NCBI RefSeq assembly: GCF_036365525.1
Contig: NC_090415.1
Span: 9,052,001 to 9,116,000, forward strand
Length of the DNA: 64,000 nucleotides
Source of the DNA: Heterodontus francisci
Lineage: Eukaryota
Reading direction: 5' to 3'
The position numbers and the translations under genes were made by a program. Numbering within the stretch: position 1 is the first letter of the stretch; each line of letters begins with the position of its first letter. The notes beneath the pieces were generated by a model. That model saw only the letters and a list, made by a program, of their open reading frames with translations, was not told the origin of the DNA and searched no databases. Below, in pieces: positions 25,730 through 39,690 of this stretch.

Positions 25730-25860
25730 TTCAACCAATCAGGGAGCAGCAATTCCCACCGCCCTTTTCCATCCCAGACATCGTTTCAAATTGGATGATG
25801 GACGGTGTTTCATCCAATCACAACATTAGGGCGGTCCTTCGACTGTCTTAAATAGGCAGT
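25730..25860 (+). promoter_or_regulatory. H3 promoter: CCAAT boxes and TATA-like
   Basis: CCAAT near 25735 and 25814, ATTGG near 25790, TTAAATA near 25848. Confidence 0.65.
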
Positions 25861-25909
25861 CCCTGAGCAGCTTCAGCATTAAACGTGGCATTGTGTAACG
25901 ACCCCGTAG

Positions 25910-26323
<414 letters not shown>

Positions 26324-26366
26324 ACTGACCCTGCCCTGAACTGAGTTCGGCATCAAATACCACAAC

Positions 26367-26382
26367 GGCTCTTTTAAGAGCC
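26367..26382 (+). terminator. Histone 3' stem-loop (H3)
   Basis: GGCTCTTTTAAGAGCC, HDE AAAGAGTTG near 26399. Confidence 0.95.
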
Positions 26383-26800
26383 ACCAAATCGACAAAAGAA
26401 AGAGTTGTGATCTCTTGTTCATTCCAGCACATAAACGTCTCAGAAGGTTTTGACCACTTATGTACTCAAAGCCGGGAGACACAAATACTTTTGTCTGCAT
26501 CCGGTAGCTGGAGATTTAATGACGTGTCAGTTGTAAGATCGAGAGTAGCGATACCAATGTGCACAGCGCATTTTAATAGACCGGCGATCGTTTTAGGACT
26601 GAACAAATGTTTGTGGTACATAAAGGGTAGAATGGTAAAAGTGCCTTTCCAATAGGGTCTGAGGGAATTAGAATGTATTTCATCTGATGAGCAACTAAAT
26701 GCCAAAATCCAGTACACGTCATTCCATCATAAAACAATGATAACAGTGTAATATTACAGTCTTTCAGACAGTAACCAGCCCTTTCACAGATAAAGTGGGT

Positions 26801-26816
26801 GGCTCTGAAAAGAGCC
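26801..26816 (-). terminator. Histone 3' stem-loop (H2A copy 2)
   Basis: GGCTCTTTTCAGAGCC ACCCA. Confidence 0.95.
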
Positions 26817-26831
26817 TTTGGGTTCACAGAT

Positions 26832-27356
<525 letters not shown>

Positions 27357-28105
27357 TCATTGTGCTGTACATGTAATCAATCAGAGAGCTGCTCAATTCA
27401 CCAATCACAAGAAGACAGTGAGTTGAGAGCGGAAAATAAGAGCGCGAAATGGTCAGGCTCCCAACGATATTTCACATTTGAAAAGCCCGCCAATATATTT
27501 GTAAAACAAGGGGCGGCTTCAATATAGAATATCACATTTATAGGTTATATTGTTTTACAGAAAACATTGCAAAAACGTGTTCATTTTTTTGTTCCACATT
27601 TTGTCCCAGATTCGCTTTTGTAATCCGCCATGTATTCTGCTTTATTCTTTTTCATGATACAGTCTAACCAGCGGCTGAAAGACTCATTCACAGCATTTTG
27701 TAACCGGACACATTTCAGGTCAATCTTCGTAATTATACTGTATCACTGATTCTAGATTGATCCCTTTTCGTGGGAGACAAAAGCGGAGTATAGATTTTCA
27801 GTGTCACGGGTTAGAGACTGAGGGTGCCTAAACCAACGGGGTTTCTTAACAATGTACTTATTCATAAAGATAGCCAAACTTCAACACGGCAACCAAGTAA
27901 CTGAGAACATCTTTAAATCATGCGTTAAATCAGCTTTCATTTTCGAAATATAGCAAAGGGGCCGAATGAATCTGTATTAACCTGAACTGACCGGATTTAA
28001 ACAGAGAATACAACCACCATCAAAAATTTGCAGAGTGTTCGTATTAACATAAAAAGAATTCGATAATCATGATGATGTTGTAGCTATTTCAGAGAAGTTG
28101 TGGGT

Positions 28106-28121
28106 GGCTCTTAAAAGAGCC
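28106..28121 (-). terminator. Histone 3' stem-loop (H2B copy 2)
   Basis: GGCTCTTTTAAGAGCC ACCCA. Confidence 0.95.
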
Positions 28122-28159
28122 TTTTTTGTATATTGTGTTTTTCAGTCCATGGCGGATAT

Positions 28160-28540
28160 TTACTTGGAGCTGGTGTACTTGGTGACCGCCTTTGTACCTT
28201 CTGACACGGCGTGTTTGGCCAGCTCCCCGGGCAGCAGCAGGCGCACGGCGGTCTGGATCTCCCGGGAGCTGATGGTGCTGCGTTTGTTGTAATGGGCCAG
28301 GCGGGAAGCCTCACCCGCGATTCGCTCGAAAATATCATTCACAAACGAATTCATGATGCTCATGGCCTTGGAGGAGATGCCGGTGTCAGGGTGAACCTGC
28401 TTCATCACTTTGTACACGTAGATGGAGTAACTTTCTCTCCTGGATCTTCTACGTTTCTTGCTGCCCTTCGTTGGCGCCTTCTTCTGAGTTTTCTTGGCGC
28501 CTTTCTTGGAAGGTGCTGCAGTTTTCTTGTCGTCAACCAT
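28160..28540 (-). CDS. H2B: Histone H2B, 126 aa
   Basis: [30 protein letters not shown]; ATG at 28540; TATA near 28594-28600. Confidence 0.97.
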   Translation of the reverse strand: MVDDKKTAAPSKKGAKKTQKKAPTKGSKKRRRSRRESYSIYVYKVMKQVHPDTGISSKAMSIMNSFVNDIFERIAGEASRLAHYNKRSTISSREIQTAVRLLLPGELAKHAVSEGTKAVTKYTSSK

Positions 28541-29329
28541 GATCACGATCAACTTCAGACACAGTATAACCTAAATTTTGCTCGTAGCTCGCATTTTATA
28601 GGCATCTCCAGAAACCTATGCTAATGAAGGATGGGAGAAGACCATGCTCATGATGGGCTGGTTTACAATGATGTCACTGGCTGAAGTTTGGTATCTGTCT
28701 GATTGGATATCTAAATTAATCAATCACACTTCATGCCTATCACAGCCACAAACTGACGCAGCAGTCAGATCGTCCAACCCCCTTTGCCCGCCCTTAACCA
28801 TGACTTTCTGAGTCCCTCTGCCTCTTCAACCATTTCCATTTTGCTGGTACGAACACATCTATTTTTTCACTCTGTACATATAATTTCTCGACACTTCCAT
28901 TCCTTATCAGGATGTACCGCCCTGCTGCACTTCCGTCCATCACCAGGACGGAACCGTCCAGTATAGTTGGGATCAGACATGGGCAAGTGCAAGCATTGAA
29001 GTGCAAGTCCTTAAATCTATGTTGCGTGCCAAATAAGTTTGGTCAGCTGCAGCCACAAGTAACCACATGAAAGATTTATATAGTGGCAATTACATAATTC
29101 TGGCTGAAACTCGGCGAGCATGGGAACTTATTATTACTGGCTACAAATATTCAGCAAGACAGGTCTGAAAAAATATGGAGGGTTGTGGAGTGGAAAGAGT
29201 TGATCAAATATAATATGACAACACTGGCAGCGATGATGTTTTTGAGCTGTTAACAAAAGAATCTATTTGGTCATATATACGGAATATGGCAGGAGGAAAT
29301 GCATGGACATTCTGGGTCATGTCATGTTT

Positions 29330-30320
29330 GTCTTTCCCTGCAGGACATGTGATTGTGGGTTTCATTCTGTGCCTATCAGTATGTGATATTTAACTGTGGC
29401 TTTTACTCCGTATTGGGCAATCTATGGTCAATGATTTTGTGATTTAATTCAGTAACTTCAATCTTCAATCGGTGATTCTGTTTTTTCTTTCTCTGTAACA
29501 TTCAGTTTCTAAGTGGATGATTATGGGTTTTGTTCTGTACCTATGAGCTTCTGCTGAGTGAGTGTGGGTTTTGCTATGTATCTGTTAATATCTGCTTTTG
29601 GAGTCTGGGCGTTTCTCTTTATCTGTCAATTTCTGAATTGTGAATTTGGATTTTAATCTGCATCTGTCAGTTTCTGGTATGAAATGTTGTTTGATTTTGT
29701 CTCTGTACCTGTTAGTAAGTGACATTTTTGTGTAGCTTTACACAGCACATGTTAATTGATGACACGTCAGCGTTGTTTTCACTCTACATGTCAGTCTCTG
29801 GTTTGGAGCCTCACCTGTGTTCTGTACCCATCAGACGTCTTCATATAAGGATGGGTTTTAACCTGTTCCTTTCAATCTGTTGTATGTAAGTACTGTTTAT
29901 TATCTGTATCTGTAAGTTTCTGATGAATGAATGTGGTCTGTATCACGTCCCTGTCAGTGGTTCATTAAGAGATATTTTACACTGTACCTGCCTGTTCTGA
30001 TATGTGAGTGTGGGTTGTGATCTACGGCTGGCCGTTTCTGGTATGAGACATGAGCATTGTTTTTACTCTGTGCATGTTAGCCTCAAGTGCAGAAGCTGGG
30101 TTTAATAGTACAGCTCACTCTCTGCTGTATGATTATGGATTTTCATCTGGACAAGTTAATTTCTGGTACGGGCATGTGAATTTTATTCTCTATGCCAATT
30201 TATGGTATGTGATAATGTGTTCTTTCTGTTCTGTCAGTTTCTGCTGAACTGTATGGTGGATTTGCTTTCAATCTGCCAAGTTCTGCGATGTGAATGTTGG
30301 TTTTACATTGTATTTGTCAT
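29330..30320. repeat. Degenerate 40-bp tandem repeat
   Basis: Repeated TTTT.TCTGTA.CTGTCAGTTTCTGGTATG-like units. Confidence 0.75.
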
Positions 30321-32280
30321 TGAGAGATAGAGTCATAGAGTTATACAGCACAGAAACAGGCCCTGAGACACATTGATGGCCGGCACAGGCACAATCAGTG
30401 ATCTATTCTAATCCCATTTTCCAGCACTTGGCCCATCGCCTTGTATGCTATGGCCTTTCAAATGTATATCTAAATACTTCTTAAATGTTGTGTGGGATCC
30501 TGCCTCTACCACCCCTTTCAGGTAATGTGTTCCAGATTCCAACCACCATTTGGGTGAAAATGAAATTTAAAAAAAAATTCTCAAATCCACTCTGAACCTC
30601 CTGCTTCTTACATTAAATCATGGCTGATCTGTTTCTGACTTGAATTCCACACTCCTATCTCCTCCCAATAATCTTTGATTCCCTTGCCTGACAAGAATCT
30701 ATCAATACCTGACTGAAAAATAATATATTCATTAACACCGCCTCCACCACATTCCAAGGCACTGAATTTCAAAGTCTCACAAACCTCAGAGGGAAAAAAA
30801 GTCTCCTCATCTCGGTCCTACAAGTGTGACCCATACTTTTAAAGCAGCACCCCCGATTTCTGAACTCATCCACAAGAGGAAGCATCCTTTCCCCATCCAC
30901 CTTGTCAAGACCATTCAGGATCTTATACACTACAATCAAGTCTCCCCTCACTCTTCTAAACTCCAGTGAAAACTAACCCAGTCTGTCCAACCTTTCCTCA
31001 TAAGACATCCACTCATTCCAGGTATCAATCTAATAAACCTCCTCTGAAACACCTCCAACACATTTACTTCCTTCCTTAAATATGGAGACCAAAACTGCAC
31101 ACAGTATTCGAGCTGTGGTCTCACCAAAGCCCCGTATAACTGAAGCATAACATCCTTAGATTAATTTTCAATTCCTGTTGTAATAAAGGATAACTTTCCA
31201 ATTGCCTTTGTGATTTGCCATACCTGCACAAGAACACCGAGATCCCTCTGCACCTCGGAATTCTGCAGTTATTCTCCATTTAAGTAATACTCTTTTTTTT
31301 GTCTTCCTGACAAAGTGAAAACTTCACAATATCTCACCTTGTCCTCCATCTGCCTGATTTCTGCCCACTCACTCAACCTATCTATGTCAGTCTACAACCT
31401 CCTTTTGTCCTCTTCACTACATACTTTCACCAATCTTTGTTTCATCTGCACATTTAGCTGCCATGCTATCGCTCCCCACCCACCACCCCCCCCCACCCCC
31501 ATCCCCACCATCTAAGCCATTGATATAAAATGTAAAAAGTTGAGGCCCCAGTACAGACCCCTGCAAGTCTCCACTTGTCACATCCTGCCAATCAGAAAAG
31601 GAGCCCTTTATGCATTCTCTCTTTTTATCACCATCCAGCTAAAATTCTATCCATGCTGATATGTTACCCCCTACTTACTGCATGAGCCCTACTTTCCACA
31701 AAATTCCTTTATGTGGCATCTTGTCAAATGTATTCTGGATACCCAAGTACTGTATGTCAACGGGCTCCCCTTTATCCAGCGGGCATGATACTTCTTCAAA
31801 GAACTCCAATAAATTGGTTAAACATGATATCCCTTTCACAAAACCATGCTGACTATTCGTGATGACCTTGCATTTTTCTAAATGTCCAGCTTTCGCCTCC
31901 TTATTGATCAATTCTAACATATTCCTCATGACAGGGGTCAAGCCAATTGGCCTTTAGTTAGCCTTTCTCTGCCTCCCTGCCTTCTTGAATCGATGGGTTA
32001 TATTTGCTACTTTCCAGTCCAATGGAACCTTTCCAGAATCTAGCGAATCTTGAAAAATTAACATGAACGAATCTACTGCATCAGTAGCTACCAATTTAAA
32101 AACCCGAGGATGAAGCCCATCAGGATCCAGGGACTGTCAGCCAGCAGCTCTATCAGTTTACTCAATACCACTTCCCTGGTGATTGTAATTTCACCAACTT
32201 CTTCTCTTGCTTCCAACTCCTGATTTATAGCTCTTACTGGAATGTTTTTGCATCATCTATAGTCAAGAAAGAAGGGAAAT
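30320..32280 (-). mobile_element. Decayed CR1 ORF2 (RT to 3' end) with a second CR1 tail
   Basis: SQHGFVKGISCLTNLLEFFEE; LVRPQLEYCVQFWSPYLRK; RGDLIVVYKIL. Confidence 0.9.
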
Positions 32281-32819
32281 ATGAGTAGAGGTTCACACTT
32301 TGATTGTCTAGTATGCCAATTTAAGGTTTAACTTGTATCCTCAAATTTCTAAGGTGCAGGTGTGGTTTTTAATCTGTCTCTGTCATTGTCTTGTACAGGA
32401 GTAAGGGTTTCAGTCAGTTTTTTGAGTGTGGATTTTACACATCTCTCCATTGCCTCGGATGTGAATTTGATTTATAATCTGTACATGCCTGTTTCTGACA
32501 TGTGGCTCTGAGTTTCAGTTTGTACATTGCCATTCTCTGATATGTGACTGCCAATTTTATTCTGAACCTGTCAGTTTCTTGTCTGTGTGTCTGAGTTTTG
32601 GTCTGTATCTGTCAGTATCTGGTATATGAGTCTTCTTAATTATGTTTGTGTTGCTCTGTATCTGTCAGTGTCTGAAGTGCAATTGTCAGGTTTTCTTTGT
32701 ACCTGTCACTAACTGTTATGGATGAGAGACTTTCAAATCGAACTGTAAATTTCTTGCAATACACGATGGATTTGACTCTGTGTCTGTCAGTCTCTGGTAG
32801 TTAAGTGTGTCAAATTGCC

Positions 32820-34180
32820 CTGGGCACTCATCCAATCCTCTATTTCCCTTGACATCCAGGGTTTCCTGGACAAGTTCATCCTACCCTGCACCTTTATAGG
32901 AACATGTTGGCACTAAACTCTCATTATTTCCTTTTTGAATGACTCCCACTGGTCTGATGCAGACTTTCCTACAAGTAGCTCTTCCCAGTCCACTTTGGCC
33001 AGATCCTCTTTTATCATATTGAAATTGGCCTTCTCCCCCATTCAGTACTTTTATTTCCAGTCCCTCTTTGTCATTTTCCATAACTACCTGAAATATGTAG
33101 AGATATGGTCACTATCCCCGAAATGCTTCTCCACTGACACTTCGACCACTTGTCTGGCTTCATTCCCTAGGATTAGATCCAGCATGGCTCCTTCTCTTGC
33201 TGGACTTTCTACTTGCTGGCTCAAAAAGCTCTCCTGTATGCACTTTAAGAGTTCTGCCCCCTTAAAGCCTTTTGCACGAGGTCTGTCCCACTTGATATTG
33301 GGCAAGTTGAAATCCCCTACTATTATTACCCTATTATGTTTACACCTCTTTGAGATTTGCCTTCATATCTGCTCCACTATCTCTCCCTGACCATTTGGAG
33401 GCCTGTCGTACACTCCCACCCCAGTGGTGCCCCCTTTTTGTTTTTAGGTTCTCCCCATATGGCCTCATTTGAGGAATCTTATAAGATATCATCCCTCCTG
33501 ACTGCAGTAATTGACTCCTTGATCAACAGTGCACTGCCATCTTCTCTTTTACACCATCCCCTGTCACGCCTGAAGATTCTATAACATGGAATATTGAGCT
33601 GCCAGTCCTGCCCCTCCCTCAATTATGTCTCTGTGATAGCAGTAATATCATATTCCCATGTGTTAATCAATGCCCTCAATTCATTTGCCTCACTAGTAAG
33701 ATTCCTTGCATTAAAATAGACGCAAGCCAGCCTTGCATTCTTTGTTGTGCCTGAACAGGTCAATACTTGCTTTGCCTTCCAGACTGACACAGTTTCTCTT
33801 CAATATTTGACTGTGCATCACCCCTTAGTGTGCCTCCACTTCTTATCCCACCCTCCTGAAAATTATTTTACAACCTCTGCCCCCTCCCCCGCACAGCAGA
33901 AGCAAGTCTCCCAGCAAGAATGTTGGTCCTGCTCCGTTTCAGGAAACCAGTCTAAATTGTACAGGTCCCACCTTCGTCAGAAACAGACCCAGTGATCCAG
34001 GAAACTAAAACACTTCATCCTGCACCATTTTTTCAGCCATACATTCATCTTCTCTATCCTTCTATTCTATTTTCACTAGCACGTGGCACTGGAGAAATCC
34101 AGAGTTTACAGCCTTTGAGGTCCTCCTTTTTAATCTGCTACCTAGCTGTCTAAAATCTTTTTACAGGACATCATTGCTCT
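32820..34180 (-). mobile_element. Decayed CR1: ORF1 end and APE endonuclease
   Basis: CIQESFLSQQVESPAREGAMLDLILGNE..HFGDSDH. Confidence 0.85.
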
Positions 34181-36690
34181 TTGCACCTGTCAGTTTCTGG
34201 TCTGGAATAAATGTCTTTACTCTGTACCTGCTAGTTACTGGCAGGTGATTGTGACATCATTCCATATCTGTCAGAGTCTGATGTGACTTCAGATTTTATT
34301 CTTCAGCTGTCAGTTTCTGACACGTGAATATGGATTTTCCTGTGTTCCAGTCACTTACTGCAATCTACATCGCTCCTTTATTCTATGCCTGTCAGTTTCT
34401 GGTCTGGAAAAAAGATTTTTTCATTACCTTTTATATTCTGGCAAATGAATGCGAGATCACCCTGTATCAGTCTGTTTGTGACCAGTTACTGTGGTTTTTA
34501 CTCATCAACTGTCAATTTCTGATACGTGAATGTGGATTTTATTCTTTAACCATCAGTCTCGACAATGCAAGTATGTATTTTATTCTTAACCTGTTGGTTT
34601 CTTTCAACTGATTGTAGCTTTTTACTCTTTATCTGTCAGTCTCTGGTATGTGAATGTGGCTATTACTCTCTGTGTCTGTCTGTATTGGATTTGCCAGCAA
34701 GTGTTTTGCTTTGCCTTTCTGTTCCTGACATGTGAATGTGAATGTTACGATGTACCTCTCAGTTATTGGTATGTGATTGTGGGTTTTATTCTGTATCCAT
34801 GAGCCTATGATTTGTGATTGTGTCTTGTGTCCTTGGCATGTCAGTATCTTGTTTGTATTTACCCATTATTATGTGCATGTTGCTTTATGGGAAATGATGA
34901 TAGGATTAACTCTTCTTTTTTGCCATATTACCACTATGGCCTCAAGAGCTGCTCAGAGGCTGGGAATTCTGTGATGGGTAACTCATGTCCTAACTCCCCA
35001 AAGTCTTTCCACCACCAACAAGCTAGAAGTCAGAATTCTGATGGATTACTCTCCACTTGCCTGGATGAGTGCTCAAACAACACTCAAGAAGCTCAATACC
35101 GTCCAAGGCAAAGCAACAGGCTTGATTGGTTTACCTTTCACCAGTTTAAGCATTTACTCCCTCCACCAGCAGTGCACAGTGTTTACAGGTGTGTATATGC
35201 ATGATATTCGTTCTGTGTCTGTTCATCACTGGTACAGTATGAGTGTGGAAGTCATTCTGCATCTGTTACTCTGAAAGGTGGGATCTGTTTGTTTATAAAT
35301 AAGGAACAATGAACCGGCTCTTATACACCTAGATCTGTCAAAATACATGTCCCTCTTTGTATGGAATGTGAGTGAGGGATTCATTCTTTATCTCTGAATG
35401 TGGAATGTGACTGTTGGTATTACTATGTACCTGCCAGCTTATGATATGTAACTAGGGCTCTTTATCTGTATCTGTCACATACTGATAAGTGCATGTGTTC
35501 TTTCCATTCGACCTGCCAGCTTCTGATGTGAGTGTGGGTTTTATTAAGTACTGATCAGCCTCTGGTATGCATGTGTTTCTTTTATAATGTACCTGCCAAT
35601 TTCTGCTGAATTGAACGGGGCTTTTGATTTGAATCTGTTACCTTCTGTTATGTCAATGTGAGTGTTCCTTTGTACTTGTCAATTTCTTCTCCTGAAGAAA
35701 GGTGTTAAAACTGCAACTAATACAAAGCAACATACTGTGAATGCTGGAGATGTGAAATTAAAACAGAAAATGCTGCAAATACTCAGCAGGCCTGCCAGCA
35801 TTTGTGGAGACAGAAACAGAGATAACCATTCAGGTCAATGGTCTTTCATCAGAAAGGTCCGTTCTGATCGAAGGTCATTGACCTGAAATGTTAACTCACT
35901 TTCTCTCTCTACAGGTGCTGCCAGACTTGCAGATTATTTCCAGCATTTTCTGTTTTCATTTCCACTGCACATCGTATATTCTGGCAAATGAATGTGTGAT
36001 CAGTCTTTAACCTTTGGTTTCTGATATGTAAATGTGGATTTTACCTAGCATGTTGTCAGTTACTGCAATGCAAATATCTGTTTTATTCTGTAACATTTTG
36101 TTTGTGGTAATTGATTGTGGGTTTTACTCTGCATCTGCCAGTCTCTGTAATGTGAATGTGGCTTTTGTCTGTGCATGATTTGTGAGTATGTGTTTTACTT
36201 TCCCTGTATGTTTCTCAATGTGGATTTTGCTATGTACCTCAGTAACTTTATGTGTATATGTTGTATTCTGTTTCTGTGCATCTATGGTGAGTGTAACATT
36301 TCCCCTGTATCTATCAGAATCACTCTTGTGAGGATGGTCATTATTCTGTACATGTTGGTTTATGGTAGTGCTTGATTTACACTTTTACGGTCACTCTCTG
36401 ATATGCCACTATCCAGTTTGCTCTGCACTTGTCAGATTCTGCGATGTGATATTGTCTTTTATCTATCTGTCTGTGTCTGGTATCCTATTGCAAGTTTTAC
36501 TGTATACCCATCAGCTTCTGGTATTTAAGTATGAGGGTCACATTGTATCTTTCATCTTGTTCTGTGTGAATCTGCTTCTGCCTTGAACTGACAGTTTCTA
36601 CTCTGTGAGTGTACATTTGAAGGGTGCTTGTTAACTTCTGCTAAATAGATGATAGTTTTACTCTGTGCATGTCAGTCACAGCAATGGGAA
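34180..36690. repeat. Degenerate 40-bp tandem repeat with embedded TE fragments
   Basis: Same unit; LINE piece at 34930-35180 (ASRAAQRLGIL..YSPLAWMS). Confidence 0.75.
35722..35961. mobile_element. Inverted pair of Penelope tails (palindromic remnant)
   Basis: Left arm ..TTCAGGTCAATGGTCTTTCATCAGAA is roughly the reverse complement of right arm TTCTGATCGAAGGTCATTGACCTGAAATG.. Confidence 0.75.
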
Positions 36691-36744
36691 GTTGGGATTC
36701 ATGCTGTCTCTGCCATTTGATTTATTGATCTATTCTGGTTTTTG

Positions 36745-37780
36745 GCTGGCCCATAGAAGACAGAGGGTGGTAGTAGATGGAAAGTATTCAGCATGGAGCT
36801 CGGTGACCAGTGGTGTTCCGCAGGGATCTGTTCTGGGATCTCTGCTCTTTGTGATTTTTATAAATGACTTGGATGAGGATGTGGAAGGCTGGGTTAACAA
36901 GTTTGCCGATGACACAAAGATTGCTGGAGTTGTGGATAGTGTGGAAGGCTGTTGCAGGTTGCAATGGGACATTGACAGGATGCAGAGCTGGGCTGAGAAG
37001 TGGCAGATGGTGTTCAACCTGGAAAAGTGTGAAGTGATTCATTTTGGAAGGTCGAATTTGAATGCAGAATACAGGCTTAAAGACAGGATTCTTGGTAGTG
37101 TGGAGGAACAGAGGGATCTTGGGGTCCATAATCCATAGATTGCTCAAAGTTGCCACCCAAGTTGATAAGGGTTGTTAAAAGGCGTATGGTGTGTTGGCTT
37201 TCACTAACAGGGGGATTGAGTTTAAGAGCCGCGAGGTTCTGCTGCAACTCTTTAAGGCCCTGGTTCGACCACACTTGGAATATTGTGTTCAGTTCTGGTC
37301 ACCTCATTATAGGAAGGATGTGGAAGCTTTAGAGAGGGTGCAGAAGAGATTTACCAGGATGCTGCCTGGACTGGAGGGCATGTCTTACGAAGAAAGGTTG
37401 AGGGAGCTAGGGCTTTTCTCATTGGAGCAAAGAAGGATGAGAGGTGACTTGCTAGAGGAGTACAAGATGATGAGAGTCATAGATAGAGTGGATAGCCAGA
37501 GACTTTTTCCCAGGGTGGAAAGGGCTATCACCAGGGGGCATAATTTTAAGGTTGGAGGAAGGTTTCGTGGAGATGTCAGAGGTAGGGTCTTTACACAGAG
37601 AGTGGTGGGTGCGTGGAATGCACTGCCAGTGGTGGTAGTAGAAGCAGATACATTAGGAACATTTAAGCGACTCTTGGATAGGTACATGGATGAAAGTAGA
37701 AAGAAGGGTACGCAGGTAGTTTGATCTTAGAGCAGGTTAAAGGTTCGGCACAATATCGTGGGCCAAAGGGCCTGTACTGT
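36745..37780 (+). mobile_element. 5'-truncated CR1 (RT C-half to 3' end), fairly young
   Basis: SGVPQGSVLG..FINDLD..KFADDTK; LVRPHLEYCVQFWSPHY; frameshifted near 37130. Confidence 0.93.
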
Positions 37781-38123
37781 TTAGTTTAGTTTAGAGATAC
37801 AGCACTGAAACATGCCCTTCGGTCCACCGAGTCTGTGCCGACCATCAACCACCCATTTATACTAATCCTACACGAATCCCATATTCCTACCACATCCCCA
37901 CCTGTCCCTATATTTCCCTACCACCTACCTATACTAGGGGCAATTTATAATGGCCAATTAACCTATCAACCTGCAAGTCTTTGGCATGTGGGAGGAAACC
38001 AGAGCACCCGGAGGAAACCCACGCAGACACAGAGAGAACTTGCATACTCCACACAGGCAGTACCGAGAATTGAACCCGGGTCGCTGGAGCTGGGAGGCTG
38101 CAGTGCTAACCACTGCACCACTG
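37780..38123 (-). mobile_element. V-SINE inserted in the CR1 tail
   Basis: (TTTAG)n then SINE body; ACTGT on both sides; CR1 tail GCTGTACTGTTCTA resumes after it. Confidence 0.9.
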
Positions 38124-38139
38124 TGCTGTACTGTTCTAT

Positions 38140-39690
38140 ACCCCGTATCCTGAGACTGTGACCCCTGGTTCTGGACTCCCCAGCCATCGGGAACATCCTC
38201 CCTGCATTCAGCATGAATCCTGTTAGAATTTTATTGGTTTCTATGAGATCCCCTCTCATTCTTCTAAACCAAAGTAAATGTAGGCCTACTTGACCCAATC
38301 TTTCCTCGTACATCAATCCTGCCATCCCAGGAAACAAGGCGAGAACAAAATTCCGAAGATAAATAGACCAAAACTACACACAATACGGTGGCACAGTGGT
38401 TAGCACCACATCCTCATAGCTCCAGCGACATGGGTTTGGTTCTGGGTACTGCTTGTGCGGAGTTTGCAAGTTCTTCCTGTGACCATGTGGGTTTCCGCTG
38501 GGTGCTCTGATTTTCTCCCACAGCCAAAGACTTGCAGGTTGATAGGTAAATTGGCCATTGTAAATTGCCCCGAGTATAGATTGGTGGTAGGGAAGGTGGG
38601 TAGAGGTAGGGAATATGGGATTAATGTAGGATTAGTATAAATAGGTGATTGTTGGTCGGATGGGGTTAATGTAGGATTAGTATAAAAATGGGTGGTTGTT
38701 GGTCAGCACAGACTCGGTTGCCCAAAGGGCCTGGTTCAGTGCTGTATCACTCTATGACTCTAAATACTCCAGATGAGTCTCACCAAGGCCTTGTATAACT
38801 GCAGTAAGACATCTGTGCTCCGATACTCAAATCCTCTTGCAATGAAGGCCAACATACCATTTTCCTTCCTAATTGCTTGCTGCACCTGAATGCTTGCTTT
38901 CAGCGACTGATGTACAAGGACACCCAGGTCTCGTTGCACCTCCCCCTTTCCCTATCTATCACTATTCAGATAATAATCTGCTTTACTATTTTAAAACCAA
39001 AGTGGATAACTTCACTTTTATCCAATTTATATTTCATCTGCCACACAGTTGCCTACTCACCCAACTTGTCCAAATCACAATGGAGCCTTTTGCATCCTCC
39101 TCACAGCTCACAATCCCCCCCCACAAACCCCACCCCCAGCTCTGTGTCATCTGCAAACCTGGAAATGTTACCTTTACTTCCCTCACCCAAGTCTGTAAAA
39201 TATATTGTGAATAGCTGGGGCTCAAGCACAGTTTCCAGCAGTACCCCACTGGACCCTGCCTGCCACCCAGAAATATACCCATTTATTCCTACTCTGTTTC
39301 CTGTCTGTCAACTAATTCCCAATCCCTGCCAGTATATTACCCCCAATCCCATGTGCTTTAATTTTGCACACTAACCTCTTATGTCGGACTTTGTCAAAAG
39401 CCTTCTGAAAATCCAAATACACCACATCCACTAGTTCTCCGTTATCGAGTCTGCTAGTTACATCCTCAAAAAACTCCAATGGATTTGTTAAGCATGACTT
39501 CTCTTTCGTAAAACTATCACATCCTGTATAATAGACTCCAGCATTTTCCCCACTACTGATGTAAGGTTTATTGGTCTGTAAATTCCTTTTTTTTCTCTCC
39601 CTCCTTGTTTTAAATAGTGGGGTTACATTTTCCACCCTCCAATCTGTACGAACTGCTCCAGAGTCTACAGAATTTTGGAATATCCGGTAC
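38140..39690 (-). mobile_element. Decayed CR1 RT fragment interrupted by a V-SINE (38386-38765, +)
   Basis: Paralogue of 730-1645 and 48450-54780; YLDFQKAFDKV. Confidence 0.88.
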
